This document shows positions 45,219-54,889 of a stretch of 64,000 bases of DNA, in pieces. The number at the start of each line of letters is the position of its first letter. Positions within the stretch are counted from its first letter, which is position 1. The DNA lies in contig CAXPTH010000021.1 in NCBI GenBank assembly GCA_964220215.1, forward strand, positions 926 through 64,925, given 5' to 3'. The translations under genes were made by a program, and so were the position numbers. This DNA is from Alteromonas sp. (GTDB lineage Bacteria > Margulisbacteria > Marinamargulisbacteria > UBA6595). The notes under the pieces were generated by a model. The model did not search any database. It was not told the DNA's origin and saw nothing but the letters and a program-made list of their open reading frames with translations.

Positions 45219-47858
45219 ATGACCCTATCACTTTCTGATCCAGACGGCTACCACCACAGTGCCCTAGACGTCTTTTATGAAACCATTCGGGAAACCCCCT
45301 ATGCCCATGAATTGGATCGTGTTTTGCGTGTCATTGAGGCCCCTTCCCCAGCGGAGCGCCACACAATTCTCATGGGCATTCCGGCCAATGAATTTGATGC
45401 CTTTATTCATGTGTTTCACATTACCATGTTTGTGCATCACAGCCTTGAAAACCCCACCCCAGCCACGGATCCAACGCCCGTAACCCATGCCCTTCAAACA
45501 CTATTAAACACCGTGCCCTTGGAAGATGCCTTGGCCCTACTTCCCGGGGCAATTACCGACGTGCTCACCACCCACCCCGTGGACATGGACCGCGGATTGG
45601 TGGTCTCACACAAGCAAGATTTTGAGCAATTGTGCCAAACCTGGGAACACACCAAGCGCACCTACGCGCATGTGACAGACACCCACGATACACTCCTCAT
45701 TCGCGCCACATTAAATAATACCTACCAGCAATTAAAGCACGTCATTTTATTGCTCATCTATACCCCGAATTATCGGCAAAATCGTATTCACGCAGAATCC
45801 GAGCAACGGCATTTGTCTCGGGCCATCAAAGACCATGAAATGGCGATTTTAACCCATTGGCGAAAACTCATTACCGTCGTACAAGTCTTGTGCCTTCAGC
45901 ACGTATTACGCACACTGGATGACCCAGCCTATGCCCAATACACCCAACTGCCGCCCATCCAAGCCAGCTATGTCACATTGGCCGCACTGCCTGTACTGAA
46001 TCGCCATGCCTTATTCCCAACCATTGCCAATTTATCCCATACCCTGTATTACCATTTAGAAACATGGCGGGGCGACATGGACGGAAACCCGTATGTCAAC
46101 GCCAACACCGTGGCTCTGAGCCTTGCCTATGGCCGAAAACGCTGTTTTGAGCGACTCTCCGCCGATGATGCCGTAATTCGGTATCGGTACAACACGCCGG
46201 CATTTTTGCGCATTGAAGCGGAGCTGTCGGATCGCTTATCTACTTTAGAAACAACTGGAGACCCAGCCTGGGTAGCCTATATTCAGGACCGACACGCCGC
46301 CGGTTGGCCCCCCGTACAAATCTACAGTGGACTGGCCTATTACCGCATGGTTGAAATGACCGAAGCGGCGGAGTTGTTTTCACGCACCCCAGACACCCCA
46401 GCAATGCTGCATACTGGCTATGCAACCGATGCGGATTTTTTAGCCGTCACAGAGCCTTTGGAAGCCTTAGAGGCCAGCTTGGGCTTCACCCATGGGTTTT
46501 GGCACACGCAACGCCAATTGATTCAACTGCGTGGATTATCTCTGGGGCATCCCCACATTCGGCACAGCGAACACGCCAATCACACACTGGCTTTAGAACT
46601 CATGGGCATGACCCCAACCGCATGGGCGGCGTTATCCGAACCCGAGCAATGTGCCCAATTGCTCCATTGGCTAGACACGGCTACCCCGATTACCCAGATC
46701 CCCGATGCATTATCCCCGGCCAGCCATGCCTTGTTGAATAATTATTTGGGCATGATGGCCGTGGCACCCACGAGCCGACTCATTCAAAGTGATTCCATGG
46801 AATATTTGCCATCACTGAGGGCCAGTTTGACCCTACTGCGGTTGGTGAGTGTGTGGATTGGGCATACTGGAACTTGGGTAATTTTGTGTGAAAACGAAGC
46901 CAGCATGGCCACCAGCATTGCCGCTATGAACGACCCCACCCAACGCGCCTTATTTCACAATGTAATTATGATGTGTGCCGGTTCTGATAATCAAAAAAAA
47001 CTAGGGCCCTTTTATTCAGCCTATCTGAATACCACGTTTCTGAAAACCGCCCAAGCCAATGGTATTGACAGCTTTTTTGGCGTTGGCGACTCGCCCTTGC
47101 GATCGGCCTTGCACACGCCATTTTGTACGTTTAAAACCCTGCAGCCGGGCAGTCGAAAGCATCATTTTTTTGCACAGCGCATTCAGCAATATGTGTCGCA
47201 TCGCTTAGCCACGCATATCCAAAATTGTACCCACTATTGGGTATCTCAGCATAGGCCGTCCCCCATGTCCGATTCTATTTTTCAGCTATTGGGCGCATCG
47301 ATGTACCCCCCCTACAAAGCCGCTGTGCAACACAATACAGCGCTTCATGCGGCCATCCAATCCATTGCAAGCATTGCCACCACCTATTTTTCACGCCCCG
47401 CCACAAAACCGGCCTCAAACGATTCGGTGTTAACCCAAATTCGTGCGATTGATAGCGGACGCGCGCAGTTAATTTTGAATACCTGCGACCCCCAATTGGC
47501 GGGCTTATCGGTTGGCATTGCGGACTTTTTGGATGCGTTAGCCACGGCTAACATTGAAACCGATGCTTGCTATGACTTTTTTAATCACACCCCAACTGGC
47601 CAGGCACTATTAAATACTTTGGCCTATTTTCATACGATTTTAGATGATCGCCTGGACACCCCGGCAGCGATTCGAACGGTCACACAAGCCGATGTTCAAG
47701 CCGCTTATGCAGCACTGAGTGGCCAAACGCTACTGGGTCAATCGGACCCCACATTGGCCATTGTCCGGTGCATCTGGCAGTGCGTCACCAACCGAACGGA
47801 TTTGCACGAACACAAGGCCAACACCCTCTTGCTCTTTGGCGCCAATTGGATGGTTTAA
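45219..47858 (+). CDS. ppc: Phosphoenolpyruvate carboxylase family protein, divergent
   Basis: VLTTHPVD (TAHPT-like) and WRGDMDGNPYV (GGDRDGNP-like) place it in the PEPC family. Later catalytic motifs are degenerate. Start set at the ATG at 45219. Confidence 0.65.
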   Translation: MTLSLSDPDGYHHSALDVFYETIRETPYAHELDRVLRVIEAPSPAERHTILMGIPANEFDAFIHVFHITMFVHHSLENPTPATDPTPVTHALQTLLNTVPLEDALALLPGAITDVLTTHPVDMDRGLVVSHKQDFEQLCQTWEHTKRTYAHVTDTHDTLLIRATLNNTYQQLKHVILLLIYTPNYRQNRIHAESEQRHLSRAIKDHEMAILTHWRKLITVVQVLCLQHVLRTLDDPAYAQYTQLPPIQASYVTLAALPVLNRHALFPTIANLSHTLYYHLETWRGDMDGNPYVNANTVALSLAYGRKRCFERLSADDAVIRYRYNTPAFLRIEAELSDRLSTLETTGDPAWVAYIQDRHAAGWPPVQIYSGLAYYRMVEMTEAAELFSRTPDTPAMLHTGYATDADFLAVTEPLEALEASLGFTHGFWHTQRQLIQLRGLSLGHPHIRHSEHANHTLALELMGMTPTAWAALSEPEQCAQLLHWLDTATPITQIPDALSPASHALLNNYLGMMAVAPTSRLIQSDSMEYLPSLRASLTLLRLVSVWIGHTGTWVILCENEASMATSIAAMNDPTQRALFHNVIMMCAGSDNQKKLGPFYSAYLNTTFLKTAQANGIDSFFGVGDSPLRSALHTPFCTFKTLQPGSRKHHFFAQRIQQYVSHRLATHIQNCTHYWVSQHRPSPMSDSIFQLLGASMYPPYKAAVQHNTALHAAIQSIASIATTYFSRPATKPASNDSVLTQIRAIDSGRAQLILNTCDPQLAGLSVGIADFLDALATANIETDACYDFFNHTPTGQALLNTLAYFHTILDDRLDTPAAIRTVTQADVQAAYAALSGQTLLGQSDPTLAIVRCIWQCVTNRTDLHEHKANTLLLFGANWMV

Positions 47859-50800
47859 TGCGTCATCCAAACGGACGCTTTGCCCAAAATTGCCTGAAGA
47901 ACCGGCACGCATTCCGCTGAAACCCCGTACTGCATGCCCGCTAAAATCACGGTATCCTGGGCGTGTATCAACACCCGGCAGTCCCCCGGATGCATTTTAA
48001 TCATGCTATGCACTTGATGCACCATCGCAGGGGAATACAAAACGGCATTCACATCCACATGCATCGCCTGCTTGGATGCATGGGCCTGCATGGGAGTAAT
48101 GGCTCGGGCCGTTAGGGTACGTTCATCATCGGATTTGGTTCGAATCGTCCCCATAATTGTCACCACAGCGTCATCGTGAAACGATTCAAAAATTGCCGGG
48201 GAATCGGCTTGCTCAAACACCAAAACATCCAGGCTATGCGTTTGATCCGACACGATCCCGACACCCATTTTCTTGCCCGATTTGCTTTGCACCACCCGGC
48301 ACCCCGTTAATACCCCAACCACCTGAACCGAGGCATTGCCGGATGCCGATTGCAACACCGTTTCTAACCGATGCTCCGGTTGAATAACCACCGAATCCAA
48401 CGGATGCCCAGACAAATACACCCCCAGCATTTCTTTTTCAAACCCCAACAATTGTTCCGGTGGTATCGCCGGCACGCGCACATCGACGCTCGCATCGGGC
48501 TGGGTCTCCGTCCAACTAAACAAACTTTGTTGGCCATTTTTTTGAGCCTTAACCTGGCGCTGGGCCCACTCCAAATCCGCCGCATACCGATGCAATAAAA
48601 CATCCCGGGTGTCCCAGTCTAAAAAACACCCGCTCTTAATTAAACTTTCCACCACCCGTTTGTTGACCTGCCGCAAATCCACCCGCATCAAAAAATCCCG
48701 CAAATCGGTATACGGTCCCAATGCCCGTTCAGCTAAAATCGACTCAATGGCTTGCTCCCCCACGTTGCGAATCCCCCCGAGTCCAAATTGTATGGCAGCC
48801 TGCGACCTTTGGGCAACCGTTGCGCCCAACTGCGAGGTGTTAATATTGGGCAAGTGTATGGCGATGCCCAAACGCCGAGCCTCATGGACATACAAGGCCG
48901 TTTTATCGCTATCGGATTGGACGCTGTTGAGCAACGCAATCATGTAGGGCACCGGATAATGGGCTTTTAAATACGCCGTTTGATACGACAACAAGGCATA
49001 GGCCACACTATGCGATTTGTTAAAGCCATATTCGGAAAATTTATAACACAATTGAAAAATAGCCTCCGCTTTGTCTGCCGCAAAGCCCCGCGCCTCAGCC
49101 CCAGATAAAAACTGCGCTTGCAACTCATCCATGACCGATTTTTTCTTTTTACCCATAGCCCGACGCAACATGTCCGCTTGGCTCAGGGTAAACCCACCAA
49201 TCACACTGGCAATTTGCATGACCTGTTCTTGGTATAAAATCATGCCATAGGTATCGGCCAAAATGGGGGCCAACTCCGGTACGCTGTACGTGGTTTCAGT
49301 CTCACCTTTTTTATTGGAAATAAACTCACTCACCATGCCCGATCCCAACGGCCCAGGTCGATATAGCGCCAATAAGGCCACCACATCCTCAAACGTGCTG
49401 GGGGCCAAGTCCACAATCAATTGCCGCATGCCTTGGCTTTCCAATTGAAAAATACCCGTGGTATGCCCCGATGCCAAGAGCGCATAGGTGTCCGAATCCG
49501 TTAAAGGTACCGTCGCGATATCAAAGTCCGTCCCTGTGGCTCGAATTAACTCCACGGTTTCTTGGATAACCGTCAGGTTTCTCAACCCCAAAATATCCAT
49601 TTTTAACAACCCAATCGTTTCCAAATCCCCCATCGAATATTGGGTGGCAATTTGATCATCATTGCGCATCAACGGCACCGTTTCGGACAACGGGTCTCTC
49701 GAAATGACCACCCCCGCCGCATGGGTTGAGGTATGCCGAGGCACCCCCTCCAAGGGCTTGGCTTGCTCCAACAAATCCGCCAATTCTGGCTTTTCCCGAC
49801 ACAAGGCCTGCAAATCCGTCACCTGCTCCAGCGCCTCCGCAATCGACACATAATGCCCCGGCTGCGAAGGAATCAACTTAGCCAATCGATCCACATCCGC
49901 CAACGGAATATTGAGCACACGCCCCACATCCCGAACCACCCCCCGAGGGGCCATGGTTCCAAACGTCGCAATCTGAGCCACGTGAGCAGCCCCATAGCGT
50001 TCCACCAAATACGCCACCACTTCATGCCGGCGCTTGATACAAAAGTCCAGGTCGATATCGGGCATGGATATCCGATCGGGGTTCAAAAACCGCTCAAATA
50101 GCAAATTGTACGGCAACGGATCCACTTGAGTAATGTCCAAGGCATACGCCACAATCGAGCCGGCTGCCGACCCCCGACCAGGCCCAACTGGAATGGATTG
50201 ATCATAACAATACACTAAAAAATCGTAAATAATTAAGAAATAAAACGAAAACCCCATGCGTTGAATAACCTGAAGCTCATGCGCCACCCGATCTTCAATT
50301 TCTTGGGTTACGGTATCGTATTTTTTTCGAATTCCCGTCCACACCAACTGGGACAAGTAGTCCTCTTTTGACAACCCATCCGGGCATTCAAATACTGGCA
50401 ACAAGACTTGGTCAGTTTCAATGCTGATCTGAATCCGATTGGCAATCGTTGCCGTTGCAGCAAGCGCATCGGGGTAATCGGGGAACAAGGCATCCATGGC
50501 CTCAACCGATTTGAAATCATGCGCCTCACTGCGCAACGCAAGCCGCGTATTGGCTTCCAACGTCTTGCCCTGCTGAATGCAATTCACAATGGTTCGCAAC
50601 CGCGCATCCGATGGCTGTGCATAATACACATCGTTGGTCACCACCAACGGAATATCCAAGGTTTTTCCCAACTGAGCCGTTCCCTGAATAATGCTTTCTT
50701 CCTGAGACTCCCCCAATCGCTGAATCCCCAAATAAAACCGGTCCCCCAGCAACGCTTTGAACCGTGTCGCCATAGCATGAGCCGCGTCGTCCTGATGCTG

Positions 50801-51175
50801 CTTGATGCAATTGGCCACCGGACCGTGATACCCATGGGCAATCACAATCAAATCCTCATGGCATTGTTCCAGCAGGTCCCAATCCATGCGCGGGGTATAG
50901 TAAAACCCATCAATATTCGCTGCCGATACCAATCGCACCACGTGTTGGTACCCCCGATCCGACATTGCCAACAGAATCACCCGATCCCGTGCCCGAACTT
51001 TTTTAGAGATTGTTTCGGTAAAGGCCAATTCACACCCAATAATGGGGGTAATACCAGCCGCTTTAGCCGCCATGTAAAAGCCAATGGCCCCATGCATAAC
51101 CCCATTGTCCGTTAGGGCGACAGCGGACATCCCGGCGGCTTTGGCTCGCTCCACCAAATCAGCGGGTGAGAGCAA
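47855..51175 (-). CDS. dnaE: DNA polymerase III alpha subunit
   Basis: 1106 aa from the first canonical start (TTG at 51175), with PHP, polymerase core, HhH and OB domains. The conserved HLHCHSYYSLLDG motif lies in frame just upstream (to 51232), so the true start is probably non-canonical. Confidence 0.95.
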   Translation of the reverse strand: MLSPADLVERAKAAGMSAVALTDNGVMHGAIGFYMAAKAAGITPIIGCELAFTETISKKVRARDRVILLAMSDRGYQHVVRLVSAANIDGFYYTPRMDWDLLEQCHEDLIVIAHGYHGPVANCIKQHQDDAAHAMATRFKALLGDRFYLGIQRLGESQEESIIQGTAQLGKTLDIPLVVTNDVYYAQPSDARLRTIVNCIQQGKTLEANTRLALRSEAHDFKSVEAMDALFPDYPDALAATATIANRIQISIETDQVLLPVFECPDGLSKEDYLSQLVWTGIRKKYDTVTQEIEDRVAHELQVIQRMGFSFYFLIIYDFLVYCYDQSIPVGPGRGSAAGSIVAYALDITQVDPLPYNLLFERFLNPDRISMPDIDLDFCIKRRHEVVAYLVERYGAAHVAQIATFGTMAPRGVVRDVGRVLNIPLADVDRLAKLIPSQPGHYVSIAEALEQVTDLQALCREKPELADLLEQAKPLEGVPRHTSTHAAGVVISRDPLSETVPLMRNDDQIATQYSMGDLETIGLLKMDILGLRNLTVIQETVELIRATGTDFDIATVPLTDSDTYALLASGHTTGIFQLESQGMRQLIVDLAPSTFEDVVALLALYRPGPLGSGMVSEFISNKKGETETTYSVPELAPILADTYGMILYQEQVMQIASVIGGFTLSQADMLRRAMGKKKKSVMDELQAQFLSGAEARGFAADKAEAIFQLCYKFSEYGFNKSHSVAYALLSYQTAYLKAHYPVPYMIALLNSVQSDSDKTALYVHEARRLGIAIHLPNINTSQLGATVAQRSQAAIQFGLGGIRNVGEQAIESILAERALGPYTDLRDFLMRVDLRQVNKRVVESLIKSGCFLDWDTRDVLLHRYAADLEWAQRQVKAQKNGQQSLFSWTETQPDASVDVRVPAIPPEQLLGFEKEMLGVYLSGHPLDSVVIQPEHRLETVLQSASGNASVQVVGVLTGCRVVQSKSGKKMGVGIVSDQTHSLDVLVFEQADSPAIFESFHDDAVVTIMGTIRTKSDDERTLTARAITPMQAHASKQAMHVDVNAVLYSPAMVHQVHSMIKMHPGDCRVLIHAQDTVILAGMQYGVSAECVPVLQAILGKASVWMTH

Positions 51176-51228
51176 GCCGTCCAGTAATGAGTAGTAACTA
51201 TGACAATGTAAGTGTGCCGAAAAAATGG

Positions 51229-51858
51229 CTATTTTGTCTTATTATAATACTCAGCAATAAAGCTCTTATCTAAGACAAATGGAATGTCTTCATACGTGGG
51301 TTTGGTGGTCACAGTTCCCACAGGCTTTTCACTGTCCGTTACGGTTAAGTAATCAGGCAATTCCAATCGTGGGGATTGGCGGGTTTGTTGCACAATAGCA
51401 TTGGCATAATAAGCCTCTACCAATTGCACCGTTGAGCCCACACGAACAACGTACGATGGAATCGTCACCCGTTGCCCATTGACCAATACTTTTTTGTGAA
51501 CAATCATTTGACGCGCCGCCAAAATACTCGGAGCAAATCCCAATCGAAACACAATGTTGTCCAATCGGCTTTCAAGCAAGGTAAAAAAGTCTTCAACCCA
51601 GTTCAAGTGCGTGCCTTTTTTGGACCGCTTCACGAACAATTTAATTTGTCCCTCACGCATCATGTAGTGAAACCGCAATTTTTGTTTCTCAGCCAATCGC
51701 TTGCCAAACTCAGAGGTTGACTGGCGGCTTTTAGGCCCGTGATGCCCCGGTGGATACTTGCGCTTGGCCAACGCCCCCGGGCGGCCCATGCCGGGAAGCT
51801 CAATGCCCAACCGACGTTGTACTTTAAATTTTCGTTTTTTGTTGCCTGAATTTGCCAA
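51229..51858 (-). CDS. rpsD: 30S ribosomal protein S4
   Basis: (M)ANSGNKKRKFKVQRRLG...YPPGHHG S4 N-terminus plus an S4 RNA-binding domain. The TTG start at 51856-51858 lies 6 nt downstream of AAGGAG. The ORF-track ATG at 51927 adds 23 residues unlike S4. Confidence 0.9.
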   Translation of the reverse strand: MANSGNKKRKFKVQRRLGIELPGMGRPGALAKRKYPPGHHGPKSRQSTSEFGKRLAEKQKLRFHYMMREGQIKLFVKRSKKGTHLNWVEDFFTLLESRLDNIVFRLGFAPSILAARQMIVHKKVLVNGQRVTIPSYVVRVGSTVQLVEAYYANAIVQQTRQSPRLELPDYLTVTDSEKPVGTVTTKPTYEDIPFVLDKSFIAEYYNKTK

Positions 51859-52010
51859 AATACACTCCTTATAACTCTTAATTATATAATCCCAAATAGT
51901 CTTGGGTGTTTGTCTGTTTCCATTCAATGAACAGTTGGTAGCAGCCTAGAAAGAACCAATTGCATTGCATTATTGGCTTTATTATGGCATCTTTTACTCA
52001 ATTTTTCAAG

Positions 52011-52496
52011 TTACGACCAACGCGGCCAAATCTCTCGCTTATTGGCATTAAATAGCGAAAACACTAAGTCCTCACACAGTCTTGAATCGCTCAAATACCC
52101 CTGGTAGCCATTCTCAAAGCTACCGGTATTATTCATTATTTTATTAAAAATTAATTCAACCATTGTATTAAACTCATGATCTGGCATTGTTTTGGGGCCT
52201 TCCTGACGCACGCAGTTTTCAATGATTAATTTAATCGCCTGAGTGCTTAAAGTATTACTCAGTGCTTGTGTTGAATATTGTACCGGGATCGGATTCGATA
52301 GCGGTTGCAACGAAAAAGCTCCCGATTCGGACTGTACTTCGGACTGTACTCCAGACTGCACTTCGGACTGTACTTCAATCGACGTACATGGCTTATAGAC
52401 TCGATGATTTCGGATACGTTTAGCCCCCCCCTTGGGCATACCCTTAGGGGCTGCTATAGGCACTGATGGCTTAAATGAGTTAGATACGCTTGGCAT
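52011..52496 (-). CDS. Hypothetical protein with (S/G)(E/V)VQ tetrapeptide repeat
   Basis: 161-aa ORF in a visibly AT-rich patch. A 4 x 12-bp tandem repeat at 52327-52374 encodes EVQSEVQSGVQSEVQS. No family recognised. Confidence 0.45.
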   Translation of the reverse strand: MPSVSNSFKPSVPIAAPKGMPKGGAKRIRNHRVYKPCTSIEVQSEVQSGVQSEVQSESGAFSLQPLSNPIPVQYSTQALSNTLSTQAIKLIIENCVRQEGPKTMPDHEFNTMVELIFNKIMNNTGSFENGYQGYLSDSRLCEDLVFSLFNANKREIWPRWS

Positions 52497-52629
52497 AGAA
52501 TAGTTGTTATAAAGTATTTAAAAAATAAGAATTAATGAAAAACGAAATTATAGCAGTGGATCCAGTCGATTTGCAACCCAGCCTCCACCCGAAATAAATG
52601 GCCGTGCATGGTATACTAAACAAAGCATA

Positions 52630-53586
52630 ATGATGACCGACACTTCCTCAGCAATGGCAGCAATTATTGATGCCAATATCAATCGATTAGCCGAAGGGCT
52701 GCGTGCCATTGAAGAATACACTCGGTTTGTGGCTAAAAACAAAGCGTTAACCGATCAATTGGCTGACCTGCGGCATTGCATCCGCCAGCACCCATGCAAT
52801 CATGTGGCGCATTTATCCGCCCGGCGGACCGGCCAGGACCAGCGGGCTGCAGAACCCCCGCCCAAACGCACCGATTGGACCGCCTTGCTTCGGGCCAATT
52901 TCAGCCGCGTGACTGAAGCCTGCCGGGTCTTGGAAGAGTACACCAATGCCGCCCTATTTACGGAAGTCCGGTACGCCGTGTATGACCTTGAAAAAACCAT
53001 TGTGCTCACCCTGCTAAAGCCAACCCTATCGCGCGGGGTTTATGTTATTGCCGATACGGTTGACCCCTTGCTCAAGGCTGCCGCTGAGGGTGCGTGTATG
53101 ATTCAACTGCGGGATAAACACGCTGAAAAACGAACCCTATTTGAAAGAACCCACGCCTTAATGGCACAAAAGCCGTCGATTCCGGTCATTGTGAATGACC
53201 ATATTGACATTGCCATTGCATGCAACGCCGATGGTCTGCATACGGGGCAAGACGACCTTCCCCTCGAAATTATCCGGGATCAGCTGGGCCCCCACAAGCT
53301 GATTGGGCGAACCTGCCATTCGGTTGCGCAGGCCAAGGCGGCTGAAGCCGCCGGTGCAGATTATGTGAGCCTGGGCCCGATTTACGAAACCCCATCCAAA
53401 CCCGGACGCCCCGGCATTGGCCCGGATGCCCTGGCAGATGCCCAGCAATTGCGCATTCCATTTGTGGTCATTGGGGGGATTAATCAAGACACCCTGTCAA
53501 GCATATTGGCCTACAACCCGCCCATGATTGGTGTCATCCGAGACCATGCGCATGTCCGAGAATTAACCCGTCAATTACTGACATGA
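52630..53586 (+). CDS. thiE: Thiamine-phosphate synthase with N-terminal extension domain
   Basis: C-terminal ThiE TIM barrel (IQLRDK, VNDHIDIA, ADGLHTGQDD, YVSLGPIY, VVIGGI). N-terminal ~110 aa (IIDANINRLAEGLRAIEEYTRF) match the extension I recall in long-form ThiE. Confidence 0.85.
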   Translation: MMTDTSSAMAAIIDANINRLAEGLRAIEEYTRFVAKNKALTDQLADLRHCIRQHPCNHVAHLSARRTGQDQRAAEPPPKRTDWTALLRANFSRVTEACRVLEEYTNAALFTEVRYAVYDLEKTIVLTLLKPTLSRGVYVIADTVDPLLKAAAEGACMIQLRDKHAEKRTLFERTHALMAQKPSIPVIVNDHIDIAIACNADGLHTGQDDLPLEIIRDQLGPHKLIGRTCHSVAQAKAAEAAGADYVSLGPIYETPSKPGRPGIGPDALADAQQLRIPFVVIGGINQDTLSSILAYNPPMIGVIRDHAHVRELTRQLLT

Positions 53587-54068
53587 CGACCCAATATTAT
53601 TATATTGCCGACCGAATCTTTCCCAAAGCGCCCATCACATCGGCATGGGTCGCCAGCATTCGCCAACACGCCAATGCAACGCCCCATGGCGACGCCCTGA
53701 TTATCTATCACGTGTCGCACGAACCCACGACAACGCAACTGCGCATTGTCTTGGACTATGCCACACAAACACCCGAAGAGAGCCTGGCGTATTACCATCG
53801 ATTTTTGCAAGCCCTAGCTGAATTTTTTAATGCAGCCCTACCCATCAAATCCCTCAATTTAATTCGAGAGGGCGATGCCTTTGGAACCACCCATGCCGTG
53901 GGGTCAACCTGGGTCCTAGACTTAGCTCTGGACCACTACGACGGGGCCTTGTTTTCAGCCTATGGCGATTGTTATGGCGAGGCCAAAAGCGTCGTGGTTC
54001 AACTCAATGAATTGCACACTGTCGCTCAATTGGCTTGGCAATCGGTTATCGAGACGTATATCCCATGA
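53583..54068 (+). CDS. Hypothetical protein
   Basis: 161-aa ORF linked by ATGA overlaps to thiE upstream and the membrane-protein gene downstream. No family recognised. Confidence 0.45.
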   Translation: MTTQYYYIADRIFPKAPITSAWVASIRQHANATPHGDALIIYHVSHEPTTTQLRIVLDYATQTPEESLAYYHRFLQALAEFFNAALPIKSLNLIREGDAFGTTHAVGSTWVLDLALDHYDGALFSAYGDCYGEAKSVVVQLNELHTVAQLAWQSVIETYIP

Positions 54069-54889
54069 CCAGTTTATTCATTGTTTGCCTATTTACTGGC
54101 TTAATTCATTTAACTGAAAGTTTGGTTTATTCGTTTCGATTGGCGGGCATCCGAACCCGACAATTGGCCATTGCCCTGTCTTTTGTTACTTCGACGCTAC
54201 TGGTATCTCGATTGTCAAACTTATTTCAAGCGCCGTTGTTGGGCGCCATGGTGGACCGGGCGATTTTAAACCAAGCGGCACCCACCCTGGCCCTCACCTT
54301 TCGGATCGTGATTCTTGCGGCAACCCTGGGGGCCTTGATCGGCCTGATGCTGACACCAACGGCCGTTCGGGTATTTCAAACAGCCGTTGTGTCGTTTCGC
54401 CAACACGGATCGATTATTCGACTGATGCTTAAACTCCGGCATGGGCGCACGTGGACACGGCTCTGGCATCAGTGCCAACGCCCCAAATTTCGCCCAATGC
54501 TTGCGCTACTGGCCCGGTGGCGCTATTTACCCAAGTCCTTTTTATACCTTAATATTTTTGTCACAGCCATCTATACGATTGGGGTTTTATGCGCCCTGTA
54601 TGCGGGAGCCTTGTTGCCTGAATTCCGAGCAACGGCCATTCAATTATCGGGATTAATTAATGGCATGGCAACGATCTTGCTGACGCTCTTTGTGGACCCT
54701 GCCGGTGCCCGAATCACAGACCAAACCTTTCACAATCATCGCCCCGAAGCCGATGTCAAAGCCACGATTGTGTACTTGCTACTGGGTCGACTCATCGGCA
54801 CGGCCATGGTTGCCCAGCTCCTGTTTTTGCCCTTTAGTCATTATTTAGCGACGGTAACCCGGTGGCTTTCCACCTGGTTGGTTCTATGA
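54065..54889 (+). CDS. Polytopic membrane protein, possibly lipid II flippase Amj (DUF2837) family
   Basis: LFIVCLFTGLIHLTESLVYSFRLAGIRTRQLAIALSFVTSTLLVSRLSNLFQAPLLG resembles the Amj/DUF2837 N-terminus as I recall it. ATGA overlaps on both sides. Confidence 0.5.
   Translation: MTSLFIVCLFTGLIHLTESLVYSFRLAGIRTRQLAIALSFVTSTLLVSRLSNLFQAPLLGAMVDRAILNQAAPTLALTFRIVILAATLGALIGLMLTPTAVRVFQTAVVSFRQHGSIIRLMLKLRHGRTWTRLWHQCQRPKFRPMLALLARWRYLPKSFLYLNIFVTAIYTIGVLCALYAGALLPEFRATAIQLSGLINGMATILLTLFVDPAGARITDQTFHNHRPEADVKATIVYLLLGRLIGTAMVAQLLFLPFSHYLATVTRWLSTWLVL

Noticed and set aside
50408-51115. 235-aa + strand ORF within dnaE
   Set aside because: It is antisense to dnaE. The same reasoning applies to 40868..41443 (antisense to the Na/Pi gene), 6432..6977 (antisense to the SPOR gene) and 1749..2147 (antisense to manC).
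52497-52629. TPP (THI-box) riboswitch upstream of thiE
   Set aside because: Neither the CUGAGA element nor the ACCUGAUCUGGAUAAUGCCAGCG-like core is visible. The leader is short and AT-rich. An Rfam scan would be the definitive test.
52548-52742. 64-aa minus-strand ORF overlapping the thiE start
   Set aside because: It overlaps the well-supported thiE N-terminus on the opposite strand. It has no RBS and no recognisable features.
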